Below are positions 42,244 to 52,720 of a stretch of DNA of 64,000 nt, in pieces. The notes beneath the pieces are model-generated. The model made no database searches and was not told where the DNA came from. It saw only the letters and a program-made list of their open reading frames with translations. Each line of letters starts with the position of its first letter. The stretch's first letter is position 1. Origin of the DNA: Candidatus Kapaibacterium sp. Lineage in GTDB: Bacteria > Bacteroidota > Ignavibacteria > Kapaibacteriales > UBA2268. The stretch is taken from contig OY762428.1 of assembly GCA_963665665.1 (NCBI GenBank), positions 1,952,001 through 2,016,000 on the forward strand, read 5' to 3'. The position numbers and the translations under genes are program-made.

Positions 42244-42306
42244 AATGTAGGAAATATTTTATACATAAGCAAGAAAAAATAAATAACCTTAATTTTTTTT
42301 CACAAG
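42244..42306 (-). promoter_or_regulatory. Conserved promoter: TGTGA element + TTGCTT-N17-TACATT
   Basis: Homologous to 30861-30925 and 52609-52671. Confidence 0.6.
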
Positions 42307-42614
42307 CGGAAATGCTTCTCCACTAACTGCCTGTCGGGATATTGGTATCCCGCAAAGCAATTTTACAAATATCATTTCTTCATGGGTAAAAGATTGTTTG
42401 ACAGTGCAATCAGAATAATGCTTCAAGACTTTTGAGACATTAGCTTCTACCCCCGTAATTACTATTCAAATAAATTATTCAAAACGGGAAAATACTCAGG
42501 CGATTATTCGTCAATTGTAATTTAAGGGTATAATTTAATATTATTTTTTGGCAATTTACCCGTTCTTTTATTAAATTCAGAAATTATTGAAATATTAATA
42601 TACACGGCAGAGAT

Positions 42615-44954
42615 ATGGAAAACTATAGGAAACAGATCATTAAAGAAAAGAAAACCTGCAATTGCAAACCTGAATGGCAAATAATTCTTGATCACCTTGT
42701 TTATCAGGATCAGATTTTGCTTTTCAGAATTTGCCGGAAAATGATCATTTACCTGAACAGGATAAATGTTCCTGAAATACAGGATATTATGGAAGGACTT
42801 AACCCGACTCTGAATACTCAGGATAATATACAGAGCTACGGCCCGAACTGGCCAAAGCCCAAGGGAGCCCCTTTTGTGGCTGATATAATGTTTGATAAAA
42901 TTTTCGGGATCGCGGACATCTATATCTCTGACAATGATATTTCCCGCCTTCTGCGTCAATGGATACACCAGGAACATCTCGGGGTTCTGTCCCGTGTTTT
43001 AGAAAAGAAAGACGCTCCTTTCAACGAGATCCAGGAAGCCGTTAAAAAGTATCTGAAACTATTCGGACCCAAAAACTACCAGTCAATAGATGAAATTGTC
43101 GGGCTGAGGGTAGGGCTTATTTCAAGGTTCCTGTCGGAAAATTTGAGATATATTAATATTGCAAAGCGCCATCTGCGAATCAAAGTAATGGATGAAATTC
43201 TGAACAGAACTATCGGCCCGGCTGCCGGGTACGGTAAGCTTGGCGGTAAAAGTGCAGGGCTTATACTTGCCAGACAGATACTACTCGATAAGAAAAAATA
43301 TAACCCCCTGCTTGAAAAGGTTGCCACGCCAAAAAGCAGGTTTATCACATCTGACAACCTTTCGGACTTCCTGCATTACAATGCCCTGGAAGAGTTCATT
43401 TATACTAAATACCAGGACGCTGAAGATATTAAAAATGAAGCTGCCTTTGTTGAATATATTTTTAAAAATTCAGTATTCCCGCCGGAAGCTATAAGTGCAT
43501 TCAAAATGATTCTTGATGATTTCGATGGCAAGCCAATAATTGTTCGTAGTTCAAGTTTGCTGGAAGACAGTTTCGATGCCTCATTCAGCGGAAAATACAA
43601 AAGCCTTTTCCTGTCGAATATCGGAACAAAGGAAGAAAGACTAACAGCCCTTGTAAATGCCATATCAGAAGTTTATGCATCTACTTTCGGGCCTGACCCG
43701 ATAGAATACCGCCATGAGCGCGGCCTGATAGATTTCAGGGAGGAAATGGGTATTCTCGTGCAGCAGGTTGTGGGCAGGAAAGTTGGAAAATACTACCTTC
43801 CGACCCATGCCGGCGTAGCATTTTCAAATAACGAGATGAGATGGTCAACAAGGATAAAACGTGAAGACGGAATTATCCGGCTGGTTGCAGGGCTTGGCAC
43901 AAGAGCCGTTGACCGGACGATAGATGATTATCCTTTGCTGGTATCCCCGGGCAAACCGAATATTAAAGCAAATACAAGCTATGAGCATACTGTTATGTAT
44001 TCCCAGAAATATGTGGATGTAATAAATCTGGAAACAAATAATTTCGAGACAATAGAATTCAGCGAACTTGTAAAAGAAGCCAAAGGGCAGATACCGGGAA
44101 TTGGCAAAATAGTATCATTTGATCGCGGTGGAATTATTGTTGATCCGATTACCAACCTGGCGGATTACGAAAAAGAAGACCTGGTGGTTACTTTCAATAA
44201 TCTGATCGGGAAAACCAATTTTATTACACAGATGAAAGAAATGCTTCGCGAATTAAGCGATGCAATAGGAGGGCCGGTGGATATTGAATTTGCTCATGAC
44301 GGAGAAAGGTTATACCTGCTGCAGTGCCGTCCGCAAAGCCAGTCAACTTACACGCGGGTTGAAAAACTTCCAGCCGGATACAAGGACAGGGATGTAATAT
44401 TTTCGGCAAATGAATTTGTAAATTCAGGATACGTTCCTGAAATACAATACCTGGTATATGTTGATCCTATCGAATATTCCAAGCTTCCGTCAGCCGAAGA
44501 TATGAAGGAAGTCGGGGCAATTGTCAGCCGATTAAATACTAATCTGCCGAAAAGAAAATTTGTTCTGATGGGGCCGGGACGCTGGGGCAGCAAAGGCGAT
44601 ATTAAACTCGGAGTACCGATTATTTACAGTGATATCAACAATACCTCTATGCTGATAGAGATTGGCAGGGAAAGCAAGGGCTATGTGCCGGAATTATCTT
44701 TTGGTACTCATTTCTTCCAGGACCTTGTGGAAGCTGATATTAAATACCTGCCTCTTTATCCTGATAAAAACGGTAATAAATTCGACTATGACTTTTTCCA
44801 GAATACCGAGAATTCATTACATAAATTTGTACCCGGTAAAGAAAGTTTCGATAAAGTGGTTCGTGTAATTGATACGGACGATGTAAAAATCGGAAAAGTA
44901 GTTAATGTTTATATGGACGGTGATAAAGGCGAAGCCCTGGCAATACTTGTATAG
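42615..44954 (+). CDS. PEP/pyruvate-binding (PPDK_N ATP-grasp) domain protein
   Basis: LGGKSAGL, IVRSSSLLED..FSGKY.S, VDIEFA..LLQCRPQ, GPGRWGS and ELSFGTHFF motifs; no phospho-His swivel domain. Confidence 0.85.
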   Translation: MENYRKQIIKEKKTCNCKPEWQIILDHLVYQDQILLFRICRKMIIYLNRINVPEIQDIMEGLNPTLNTQDNIQSYGPNWPKPKGAPFVADIMFDKIFGIADIYISDNDISRLLRQWIHQEHLGVLSRVLEKKDAPFNEIQEAVKKYLKLFGPKNYQSIDEIVGLRVGLISRFLSENLRYINIAKRHLRIKVMDEILNRTIGPAAGYGKLGGKSAGLILARQILLDKKKYNPLLEKVATPKSRFITSDNLSDFLHYNALEEFIYTKYQDAEDIKNEAAFVEYIFKNSVFPPEAISAFKMILDDFDGKPIIVRSSSLLEDSFDASFSGKYKSLFLSNIGTKEERLTALVNAISEVYASTFGPDPIEYRHERGLIDFREEMGILVQQVVGRKVGKYYLPTHAGVAFSNNEMRWSTRIKREDGIIRLVAGLGTRAVDRTIDDYPLLVSPGKPNIKANTSYEHTVMYSQKYVDVINLETNNFETIEFSELVKEAKGQIPGIGKIVSFDRGGIIVDPITNLADYEKEDLVVTFNNLIGKTNFITQMKEMLRELSDAIGGPVDIEFAHDGERLYLLQCRPQSQSTYTRVEKLPAGYKDRDVIFSANEFVNSGYVPEIQYLVYVDPIEYSKLPSAEDMKEVGAIVSRLNTNLPKRKFVLMGPGRWGSKGDIKLGVPIIYSDINNTSMLIEIGRESKGYVPELSFGTHFFQDLVEADIKYLPLYPDKNGNKFDYDFFQNTENSLHKFVPGKESFDKVVRVIDTDDVKIGKVVNVYMDGDKGEALAILV

Positions 44955-45048
44955 TCTTTATCATTGTTTTTAGGTGCTGTCTTATTCGTTTGTAATTATT
45001 ACACCTGGAATGCCTCCCTATAAATCATGGAAGGCCGGGATATTAGTT

Positions 45049-45120
45049 TGAGCACATTGAAGGATCCATTCTTAAGCAATTTCTGATTGGAACGATGGAT
45101 TCTTCAGTTGTTTTGTTTCG
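45049..45120. repeat. Degenerate copy of the 4974-5060 element
   Basis: tgagcacattgaaggatccattcttaa ... atggattcttcagttgttttg. Confidence 0.5.
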
Positions 45121-45494
45121 TAAGCCTGCCCGTGGTTTGTATGTGAATAACATCTGCCCTGTAAATTACTTAATGGTTATTAGCCTGTTTTCGTGTTTCA
45201 ACCAATAATGACAAATCGTAAAAATTCAGAATAAGGGTATCTCTCCCAGGGTTGGCCAATTGTAGGCAGAACAAATTGCATATTTTGATTATACACGGAA
45301 TTTATAGGAATTATTCAAAGCCTGAATATTTTTTTCGGATTTTTTAAAATTCAAAATACTATTAACCGTTTAATGTTTCAGTTTAATATGTTATTGCCTA
45401 AAGTTAGGCAAGCTAAAATTATATTCTGATATATTACAAAAATATTTGTAATTTTGTAATTCGTTGGTTTTACTAACTAATTTCTGAAGGTTCT

Positions 45495-46475
45495 ATGAGA
45501 GCAATTATTCCGGTAGCCGGCGCGGGAACAAGACTTAGGCCGCACACCTACACACTCCCGAAAGTATTACTTAATGTAGCAGGCAAACCTATTCTTGCAC
45601 ATATCCTTGATGCCCTGAATATAAGGGGTGTAAAAAAAGCAACGATCATCACCGGATACATGGGGCAACTGGTGGAGGATTTCGTCCGTGAACGTTACGA
45701 TATGGACGTGGAATTTGTTGAACAGCATGAAAGGCTCGGCCTTGGGCATGCTATATGGACTGCCAGGGAAACTTTCGAAGAAGAACCGCTTATGATAATT
45801 CTTGGCGATACAATTTTTGACGCCGATCTTACACTTGCTCTTAAATCAGGGCTTAGCTCCCTTGGTGTGAAGGAAGTTGAAGATCCGAGAAGGTTCGGTG
45901 TTGTGGTTCCCTCCGAGGATGGATATATCTCGAAACTGGTGGAAAAACCCCAGGAAATTATTTCAAAGATGGCGCTTGTAGGTATTTATTATATTAAAAA
46001 TCCTGCTGTTCTTACAGAAAGCCTCGATGAAATGATTAAAAAAGATATCCGCACAAAAAACGAATACCAATTGACTGACGCGCTTCAGCTTATGATAGAT
46101 AAAGGCGAAAAATTCACAACCTTCCCGGTTGACGGATGGTATGACTGCGGTAAGCCGGAAACCCTGCTTTCAACTAACCGCTTTCTTCTTGATCATTCTC
46201 CAAAAGAAAGAAAATTCAAAGATGCTGTTATTATACCGCCGGTTTATATTGCTGACGATGCTAAAGTTGAACGTTCCGTAGTTGGCCCTTATGCTACAGT
46301 AGCCAGTGGAGCCAATGTTTCGGACAGCATTGTAAGGAATTCAATAATCAGCGATAAAGCTCACGTGTCTTCTATGGTATTACAGAATTCAATAATTGGA
46401 AACGGAGCCTCTGTTGAAGGCCATTTCAACAGCTTCAATGTCGGCTCATTAAGCGAGATAAAACAATCAGGTTAA
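45495..46475 (+). CDS. Sugar-phosphate nucleotidyltransferase (glucose-1-phosphate thymidylyltransferase-like, long form)
   Basis: PVAGAGTRLRPHT..PK, LVEKP, EYQLTD and WYDCG motifs; C-terminal hexapeptide repeats. Confidence 0.88.
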   Translation: MRAIIPVAGAGTRLRPHTYTLPKVLLNVAGKPILAHILDALNIRGVKKATIITGYMGQLVEDFVRERYDMDVEFVEQHERLGLGHAIWTARETFEEEPLMIILGDTIFDADLTLALKSGLSSLGVKEVEDPRRFGVVVPSEDGYISKLVEKPQEIISKMALVGIYYIKNPAVLTESLDEMIKKDIRTKNEYQLTDALQLMIDKGEKFTTFPVDGWYDCGKPETLLSTNRFLLDHSPKERKFKDAVIIPPVYIADDAKVERSVVGPYATVASGANVSDSIVRNSIISDKAHVSSMVLQNSIIGNGASVEGHFNSFNVGSLSEIKQSG

Positions 46476-46499
46476 TTTATAGATTTATATCAGGTTATA

Positions 46500-47645
46500 A
46501 TGGATAAGAACACATATTATTTTACATCGGAATCAGTTTCCGAAGGCCACCCGGATAAAGTTTGTGACCAGGTGTCGGATGCTGTTCTTGATGCGATGCT
46601 AAAGGATGATCCGGCAAGCCGCGTAGCATGCGAATGCTTTGCTACAACAGGAATGATATTGATTGGCGGAGAAATTTCAACACAAACATATTGCGACTTG
46701 CAGCAGCTTACAAGAAATGTTATAAAAGATATTGGTTATACAAGGGGTGTTTACAGGTTCGAAGCGGAATCAGCCGCTGTTGTAAACGTTATTAATCATC
46801 AGAGTCCTGATATTGCCCAGGGCGTTGATATTGGCGGCGCAGGCGATCAGGGTATGATGTTCGGTTATGCATGTACCGAAACTGAGGAACTTATGCCAGC
46901 GCCAATAATGTATGCTCATAAACTCGTTAAGAAACTTGCTGATATCAGGAAAACAACAAAAGATATTTCTTACCTCAGGCCGGATGCAAAATCACAGGTT
47001 ACACTGGAATATTCTGATTCAGGTGAAATTTTAAGAGCTGATACAGTTGTTATTTCCACTCAGCATGACGGCGGGATAACCAACGATACTATCCGTGAAG
47101 ATATGATAGAAAAAGTAATCAAAAACGTGATCCCCTCTAATTTGTTAGATGAAAAAACAAAGTATCATATCAATCCTACCGGTAAATTTGAAATTGGCGG
47201 CCCTCACGGTGATACCGGCCTTACCGGACGCAAGATAATTGTTGATACATACGGTGGACGCGCTCCTCATGGCGGCGGTGCTTTTTCGGGCAAAGATCCT
47301 TCCAAAGTTGATCGCTCGGCTGCTTATGCAGCAAGATACCTTGCCAAGAATATTGTGGCTGCCGGACTTACCAGTGAGTGTACAATTCAGCTTTCTTATG
47401 CTATAGGCGTGGAACAGCCAGTGTCTGTTCACGTTGATACTCATGGGAAAAGCGAAATTCCAGGTTACAAAATTGCTGATTTCATAATGAAAGAAATTGA
47501 CCTTACACCAAAAGGAATTATTACTACGTTAGATCTGCTCAGGCCGGTTTATCGTGCAACGGCAGCTTACGGGCATTTCGGAAGGCAGGAATTCAGTTGG
47601 GAAAAAACTGACCTGGTTGACAAATTCAGAACGATCAATGGTTAA
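46500..47645 (+). CDS. metK: S-adenosylmethionine synthetase
   Basis: [19 protein letters not shown] and GGGAFSGKD motifs. Confidence 0.99.
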   Translation: MDKNTYYFTSESVSEGHPDKVCDQVSDAVLDAMLKDDPASRVACECFATTGMILIGGEISTQTYCDLQQLTRNVIKDIGYTRGVYRFEAESAAVVNVINHQSPDIAQGVDIGGAGDQGMMFGYACTETEELMPAPIMYAHKLVKKLADIRKTTKDISYLRPDAKSQVTLEYSDSGEILRADTVVISTQHDGGITNDTIREDMIEKVIKNVIPSNLLDEKTKYHINPTGKFEIGGPHGDTGLTGRKIIVDTYGGRAPHGGGAFSGKDPSKVDRSAAYAARYLAKNIVAAGLTSECTIQLSYAIGVEQPVSVHVDTHGKSEIPGYKIADFIMKEIDLTPKGIITTLDLLRPVYRATAAYGHFGRQEFSWEKTDLVDKFRTING

Positions 47646-47683
47646 TAATATAGTTTATAGTTTTTTATATCAAGGATTTAGAA

Positions 47684-48997
47684 ATGGCAGAATATCCCCC
47701 AAAAAAAGCACAGGGAAAATTTGACGAAAAACCCGGAGTTTATTGTGTAAAAGACCTCGGGCAGGCAGAAGAAGGAAAAAAATTAATTGACTGGGCAGAA
47801 TCAAGAATGCCTGTTCTGATGTCGCTCAGGGAAAAATACAAAGAAACAAAGCCTTTCAAAGGTTATAAAGTATCCGGTTGCCTTCATGTAACAAAGGAAA
47901 CAGCCGTACTTATCAAAACATTCCAGGAAGCAGGCGCTGAAGTTTCATGGTCAGGATGTAACCCGCTTTCAACAAATGATGCCGTTGCTGCTGCTCTTGC
48001 AGCAGATGGTACTTCAATTTATGCATGGTATGACAATGGCGAGGACTTTTACTGGTGTATCGAACGTACAATCGACACTCCTCCGCACCTGACTCTTGAT
48101 GACGGTTGCGACCTTATCAACACTGTTCATGAAGACCATATTGATATGGCTAAAAACTTTGTAGTTGGCGGTACAGAAGAAACAACAACTGGTATCCAGC
48201 GCCTTCGCGCCAGGGCTTCTGCCGGTAAACTTTACTATCCTGTTTATGCTGTTAACGATGCCGAAACAAAATGGGATTTTGATAATGTATATGGTACAGG
48301 CCAGTCCACTCTTGACGGTATCATGCGTGCTACATCAATCCTTTTTGCAGGTAAAACAGTAGTTGTTGCCGGACACGGCCACTGCGGTTCGGGTGTTGCC
48401 AAAAGGGCAAAGGGCCTTGGAGCAAACACAATCATTACAGAAGTTAAAGCAACTGCCGCTATCAAAGGTACACTTGAAGGCCACGAAGTAATGAAAATGG
48501 ACGAAGCTGCCAAGCACGGCGATGTTTTCGTTACAGCAACCGGCGTGAAAGATGTTATCCGCAAACAGCACTTCGAATCAATGAAAGACGGCGCTATTAT
48601 TTGCAATACAGGCCATTACGATGCGGAAATCAATATTCCCGAACTTGAGGAAGTATCTGTTTCCAAACGTACAATCAGGCCGAATTGCGAAGAATATACT
48701 CTGAAAAACGGCAGAAAAGTTTATCTGCTTGCACAGGGACGCCTTATCAACCTGGCAGCTGCCGAAGGACACCCGTCAGAAGTTATGGATATGAGCTTTG
48801 CTAATCAGTTCATGTCTCACCTCAGGCTGGTAGAAGCACACAAGGCAGGCAACAAACTTCCGAATGAAGTGCTTGATTTACCGGAAGAACAGGATCAGTA
48901 TATTGCAGGAACAAAACTTGATGCAATGCTGATGAACATTGACGAACTTACAGAAGAGCAGAAGAAATATATCACCGACTACAACGCTGGCACATAA
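47684..48997 (+). CDS. ahcY: Adenosylhomocysteinase
   Basis: GCLHVT, CNPLST, EETTTG, FDNVYGTGQS and GHPSEVMDMSFANQ motifs. Confidence 0.97.
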   Translation: MAEYPPKKAQGKFDEKPGVYCVKDLGQAEEGKKLIDWAESRMPVLMSLREKYKETKPFKGYKVSGCLHVTKETAVLIKTFQEAGAEVSWSGCNPLSTNDAVAAALAADGTSIYAWYDNGEDFYWCIERTIDTPPHLTLDDGCDLINTVHEDHIDMAKNFVVGGTEETTTGIQRLRARASAGKLYYPVYAVNDAETKWDFDNVYGTGQSTLDGIMRATSILFAGKTVVVAGHGHCGSGVAKRAKGLGANTIITEVKATAAIKGTLEGHEVMKMDEAAKHGDVFVTATGVKDVIRKQHFESMKDGAIICNTGHYDAEINIPELEEVSVSKRTIRPNCEEYTLKNGRKVYLLAQGRLINLAAAEGHPSEVMDMSFANQFMSHLRLVEAHKAGNKLPNEVLDLPEEQDQYIAGTKLDAMLMNIDELTEEQKKYITDYNAGT

Positions 48998-49020
48998 TTT
49001 CCAATAGCTCGTATTATTTT

Positions 49021-49055
49021 AACTCATCCGATGACTTGAAGTCATCAGATGAGTT
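49021..49055. repeat. REP-like palindrome family A, copy 5
   Basis: aactcatccgatgactt-g-aagtcatcagatgagtt. Confidence 0.8.
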
Positions 49056-49069
49056 TTCTTATTCTCTTT

Positions 49070-51517
49070 CTACTTCTCCACCACTATCGGAATACTGTCC
49101 GTGATGCCGTTGTGACGGACGAGTATGAAATAAATGCCCGAGGGTACTGCCGAGCAGTTCCAGATGAATTCAGCCGAGGCTTTGTTTAGGTGGTTGACTT
49201 TAATATTTTCTTTTCCCTGAACTTTCTCGCCGGATAGATCGTAAACGCCCATAATTGATTCTTCAAGATCGAAGCTCATATCGTAGGATATCAGGGTTTT
49301 TATCAGGTTGCGGCCCGGCAAGGGATATGGATTCCCTGCATAGAAATGATTAGTGTAGTAAAGCTTTTCGGCTTGTATTTCAACCCCGACCGGGGCGTGT
49401 TCTTCTGTCATCATGCGGTAGTAGTTGAAGGGGCGCAGGCTGTCACTTAGCCCGACGAGAGACACATTGCCCTTGCATATAACGGAAGAAAATGTCGGGC
49501 GGCCATAATCCCAAGGGGCGTCCTCCCATTTCGTCAGGTCGTTTCGGTCAGTATTTTCAAGGAAAAGCTCCTCGCCGAGAATGTAGAACTTCCCGCTAAG
49601 TTCCATAAAGAAAATGCTGTCCAGCTCAGCGTTTTCGTAAAGATTATCGAATGTATTGCGTTTCCTGTCGTACATCAGTATTCGCGCGGGATATGTAGCT
49701 GCAAAGAAAACAGAATCCTTGTTCAGTTCGTATATCTGCTTAACGGCTAACGAATCCTCGATTTTGCAAATAGATGTTTTTGTTTTGCCGCTGTCATTAG
49801 TTTCAAAAACCTCGAAACTCGTAAAATTATGATACCTGTCTTCCTTTACCGAGCAAAACATAAGGAAATTCTCAAATTCTTCAGCCAGAATATGATGAAC
49901 ATAGAATAGAGAATCATAAGTTATATACCTGAAATTTTCAAAATTTTTATCAGTAAAGTAAAACATTGTGCCTGATTTTTCATATGAGTCTGTACAAATA
50001 AACATATAATTATTATTTATTTCAATAACATTGCTACCTTTTGCAAGTTTGTTTGAATTGCTGGAATAGAAATTATTTAATGAAAGTAATTTAAAAGTAC
50101 GTCCGGCATCCTGTGTAATTGCTATATTATTTTTATCTGTATCAACAACTTTTTCAAACCCAATAAAACCACTACCATCACTGCTAAAGTGCTTTACAAT
50201 CGGACCTAAATTCCATGATAGTAAACTATTGCTGGTATCTGACAAATAAGTAGGCTTAAATGAATTGCCATAATTGTAGCTGCTGTTTATCTCATTATAA
50301 TTTGATTTCGAATATCCACTTCCAAAATTAATATCATTATAAAATATATAAACAGAATCATTAATAATTTTTTCAGGAACTCCCGATAAAAAGGACAAAA
50401 GAGACCAGTTAGCACCTTTATCTGCCGAAATCATAAGCGAACGACTCATACCTGCTTTTACATATATTCCATTCTTTAATATATTACACTTTTTTGTAAA
50501 CAAGCCTGACGAAAGATCGTAACAACCTTTGTTTTCTGCTCCAATTGTTTGGTATTTATTTATATAATGCTTATTGATTAATTTGAAAGTGTCTTTAGGT
50601 ATTTCGCTATATATTTTTATCAGCATATTTGTTGATCCTTGGTCGTTGCCTTCCAGACTTACTCCATATAGATCTTCGTTATCAGTAAAATAAGTATTGT
50701 CATTAATCCAACGCTTAAGATATATCAATGAATCACTTCGATTCATGAACAGACTGTCCTGGAAAAAGAAATTCCAATTATTGTAATCATCGCTCATTCT
50801 GTATAAATTGCCTCCGATATTAAATATATTTTCATCCTTTATTTTATAAATATCATTCAGATTATAATATTCCGGATTGGTGGTATATACTTTCCCCTTC
50901 ATATTTATCATTTTGAAATTCTCAAGCTCTGATGTTAGTTTTGCAAAACCGTTGTTTTCTGATATAAGGTCTATTAGCAAATCGTTTTTTAATAAAAATA
51001 TATTCGAAACCGAATAATTTTCATAATATACTTTGGGCTTGTAATAGAATGAATCAATTTTGCTCTCAATTATTACGTTTTCAAAATGATTAATCAAATT
51101 CATATCTTTATCATAACGCAGAATACTTTTCAAACTTCTAACATAAACAAAATTGTCAGATATAATAATATTTATTAGTCGGTTTGAAGTATCAATCAAA
51201 ACATTAAACTGTTCCCAATTTAAGCCATTATTAACCGATCTGATAACATTACCGTAATTTACTACTCCCCACAAGGTATCATTATAATTAACAATTTTAT
51301 TAATCTGCCCTCTCTGAGCGATACATTTTTGCCTCCAGCTTTGCCCTTTATCGGTTGAAAGCAGGTAAGCCCCGTTAGTCCCGTAAGAAATAATGTTATC
51401 CCCCGCTCCAACGGCCCCGAGATAATGAATTTTCAGCGGCATCAGGTTGAAAGTTTCGGAATATGAATAAGTAAAGCAATTGAAAGTAATGATTAAAATA
51501 ATAGAAAAATATTTCAT
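49070..51517 (-). CDS. BNR/Asp-box beta-propeller protein with T9SS CTD (more distant paralog)
   Basis: STDKGQSW, SVNNGLNW and SADKGANW motifs; CTD NPYPLPG...VPSGIYFILV. Confidence 0.8.
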   Translation of the reverse strand: MKYFSIILIITFNCFTYSYSETFNLMPLKIHYLGAVGAGDNIISYGTNGAYLLSTDKGQSWRQKCIAQRGQINKIVNYNDTLWGVVNYGNVIRSVNNGLNWEQFNVLIDTSNRLINIIISDNFVYVRSLKSILRYDKDMNLINHFENVIIESKIDSFYYKPKVYYENYSVSNIFLLKNDLLIDLISENNGFAKLTSELENFKMINMKGKVYTTNPEYYNLNDIYKIKDENIFNIGGNLYRMSDDYNNWNFFFQDSLFMNRSDSLIYLKRWINDNTYFTDNEDLYGVSLEGNDQGSTNMLIKIYSEIPKDTFKLINKHYINKYQTIGAENKGCYDLSSGLFTKKCNILKNGIYVKAGMSRSLMISADKGANWSLLSFLSGVPEKIINDSVYIFYNDINFGSGYSKSNYNEINSSYNYGNSFKPTYLSDTSNSLLSWNLGPIVKHFSSDGSGFIGFEKVVDTDKNNIAITQDAGRTFKLLSLNNFYSSNSNKLAKGSNVIEINNNYMFICTDSYEKSGTMFYFTDKNFENFRYITYDSLFYVHHILAEEFENFLMFCSVKEDRYHNFTSFEVFETNDSGKTKTSICKIEDSLAVKQIYELNKDSVFFAATYPARILMYDRKRNTFDNLYENAELDSIFFMELSGKFYILGEELFLENTDRNDLTKWEDAPWDYGRPTFSSVICKGNVSLVGLSDSLRPFNYYRMMTEEHAPVGVEIQAEKLYYTNHFYAGNPYPLPGRNLIKTLISYDMSFDLEESIMGVYDLSGEKVQGKENIKVNHLNKASAEFIWNCSAVPSGIYFILVRHNGITDSIPIVVEK

Positions 51518-51566
51518 GATTAATCCTAAATAAGAATAAAATATTTATTATCAATAAAATTATCGA

Positions 51567-51588
51567 AGGATTGGAAAAATCCAATCCT
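51567..51588 (-). other. Intergenic hairpin between the Cys-rich gene and the T9SS gene
   Basis: aggattgga-aaaa-tccaatcct. Confidence 0.6.
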
Positions 51589-51607
51589 CCATATTAAAAA
51601 ATACTAC

Positions 51608-52252
51608 TTATTCACAATGACTTATGACACCACGTACTTTTGAACATAAGATAGACCATGGTTTTGAACTGTATTCATATCCAGGAACTCCATCTCCATA
51701 TGGTTCTTTTACACATTCACCATTACCAGTTAAATAAGTATAATTCCAAGTTATAACGGGATGTGGCACACAATCTGGATCAGTATCGCAATCAGGGGTG
51801 CAATTACACATACATATTGTTAAATTTAAAGTACACCTTAAGTCACATGTTTCGCTTCTTGTATAATTCAAATACGTACCATTCCAAAATATGTCATAAC
51901 AAACGGGATCAGTAATTTCCAGAGTTAGTGAACCCTGATCGCATGGTTGCAACCCACAAAAATCGCCATGATTGTTATAAATGTAATTATACGTCGCATC
52001 CCAAATGGCATCTTCATATCCTGGACATACGTTGTTAACCGCCAAAATTTCAACTTTTGTAAAGAAATTGCCTGTTGGGCTACATGTGTAGCAAACAACT
52101 ACTTCTGCATCAGGACAACCAGGGACAAAATCTCCCACTGGTAAAGTTGTACAAATCCCAGGTGTAAGACAAGCCGCGCATGGATCCTGTGCCTGGCTTA
52201 AACTAAACGAAAATACTAATACTGCTATTACTAAAAATATTGTCTTTTTCAT
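51608..52252 (-). CDS. Secreted cysteine-rich protein (20 Cys), unknown function
   Basis: Signal MKKTIFLVIAVLVFSFSLSQA; Cys spacing partly alignable with 31220-31840. Confidence 0.8.
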   Translation of the reverse strand: MKKTIFLVIAVLVFSFSLSQAQDPCAACLTPGICTTLPVGDFVPGCPDAEVVVCYTCSPTGNFFTKVEILAVNNVCPGYEDAIWDATYNYIYNNHGDFCGLQPCDQGSLTLEITDPVCYDIFWNGTYLNYTRSETCDLRCTLNLTICMCNCTPDCDTDPDCVPHPVITWNYTYLTGNGECVKEPYGDGVPGYEYSSKPWSILCSKVRGVISHCE

Positions 52253-52483
52253 ATATCACACTATTTTGTTATTTTTACATTTTTTGAAAATTTCATTGCA
52301 TTTACTGCAAAGCAATACAGCAAACGTAAGAGCGTCTGAAAAACAAGGCACATTGTCCTCTAATATTCCTTTGCTTGGACGTAGAGTCAATGTGGGGTCG
52401 GGGCTTTCCCCGGCCTTTTTATTATTGCTGTCATGGGGATAATTTTTGTTACGGGCTTCTGTTCATCTCAACCTCCAATAATA
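52253..52483 (-). ncRNA. Putative structured 5' leader, copy 2 (uORF MNRSP at 52449-52466)
   Basis: Reverse complement near-identical to about 30980-31219. Confidence 0.5.
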
Positions 52484-52574
52484 TTGGCTTAATAAAAGCA
52501 TTGGCTTAATAAAAGCATTGGCTTAATAAAAGCATTGGCTTAATAAAAGCATTGGCTTAATAAAAGCATTGGCT
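52484..52574. repeat. 17-bp tandem repeat TTGGCTTAATAAAAGCA x5 plus a partial unit
   Basis: Perfect units start at 52484, 52501, 52518, 52535 and 52552; a single unit occurs at the homologous site near 30960-30982. Confidence 0.95.
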
Positions 52575-52608
52575 CCACTGTTTTCAATTTGAAATATAAC
52601 TTTGGATA

Positions 52609-52673
52609 AAGTTAATTAAAAGAAAATAAAAAAGCAAGAAAAAAAATCAATAATCTTAATTATTTTTCACAAG
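52609..52673 (-). promoter_or_regulatory. Conserved promoter of module 2: TGTGA element + TTGCTT-N17-TAACTT
   Basis: Homologous to 30861-30925. Confidence 0.65.
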
Positions 52674-52720
52674 TATTTCTATTTTTATAACTATATTACT
52701 TGTCAGGATATTATAAAAAA

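Noticed and set aside
44960-46500. SAM/SAH riboswitch for metK-ahcY
   Set aside because: No consensus is recognisable, and metK lies only ~25 nt after the nucleotidyltransferase gene.
52484-52574. CRISPR array
   Set aside because: The units are contiguous 17-mers with no spacers, and there are no cas genes.
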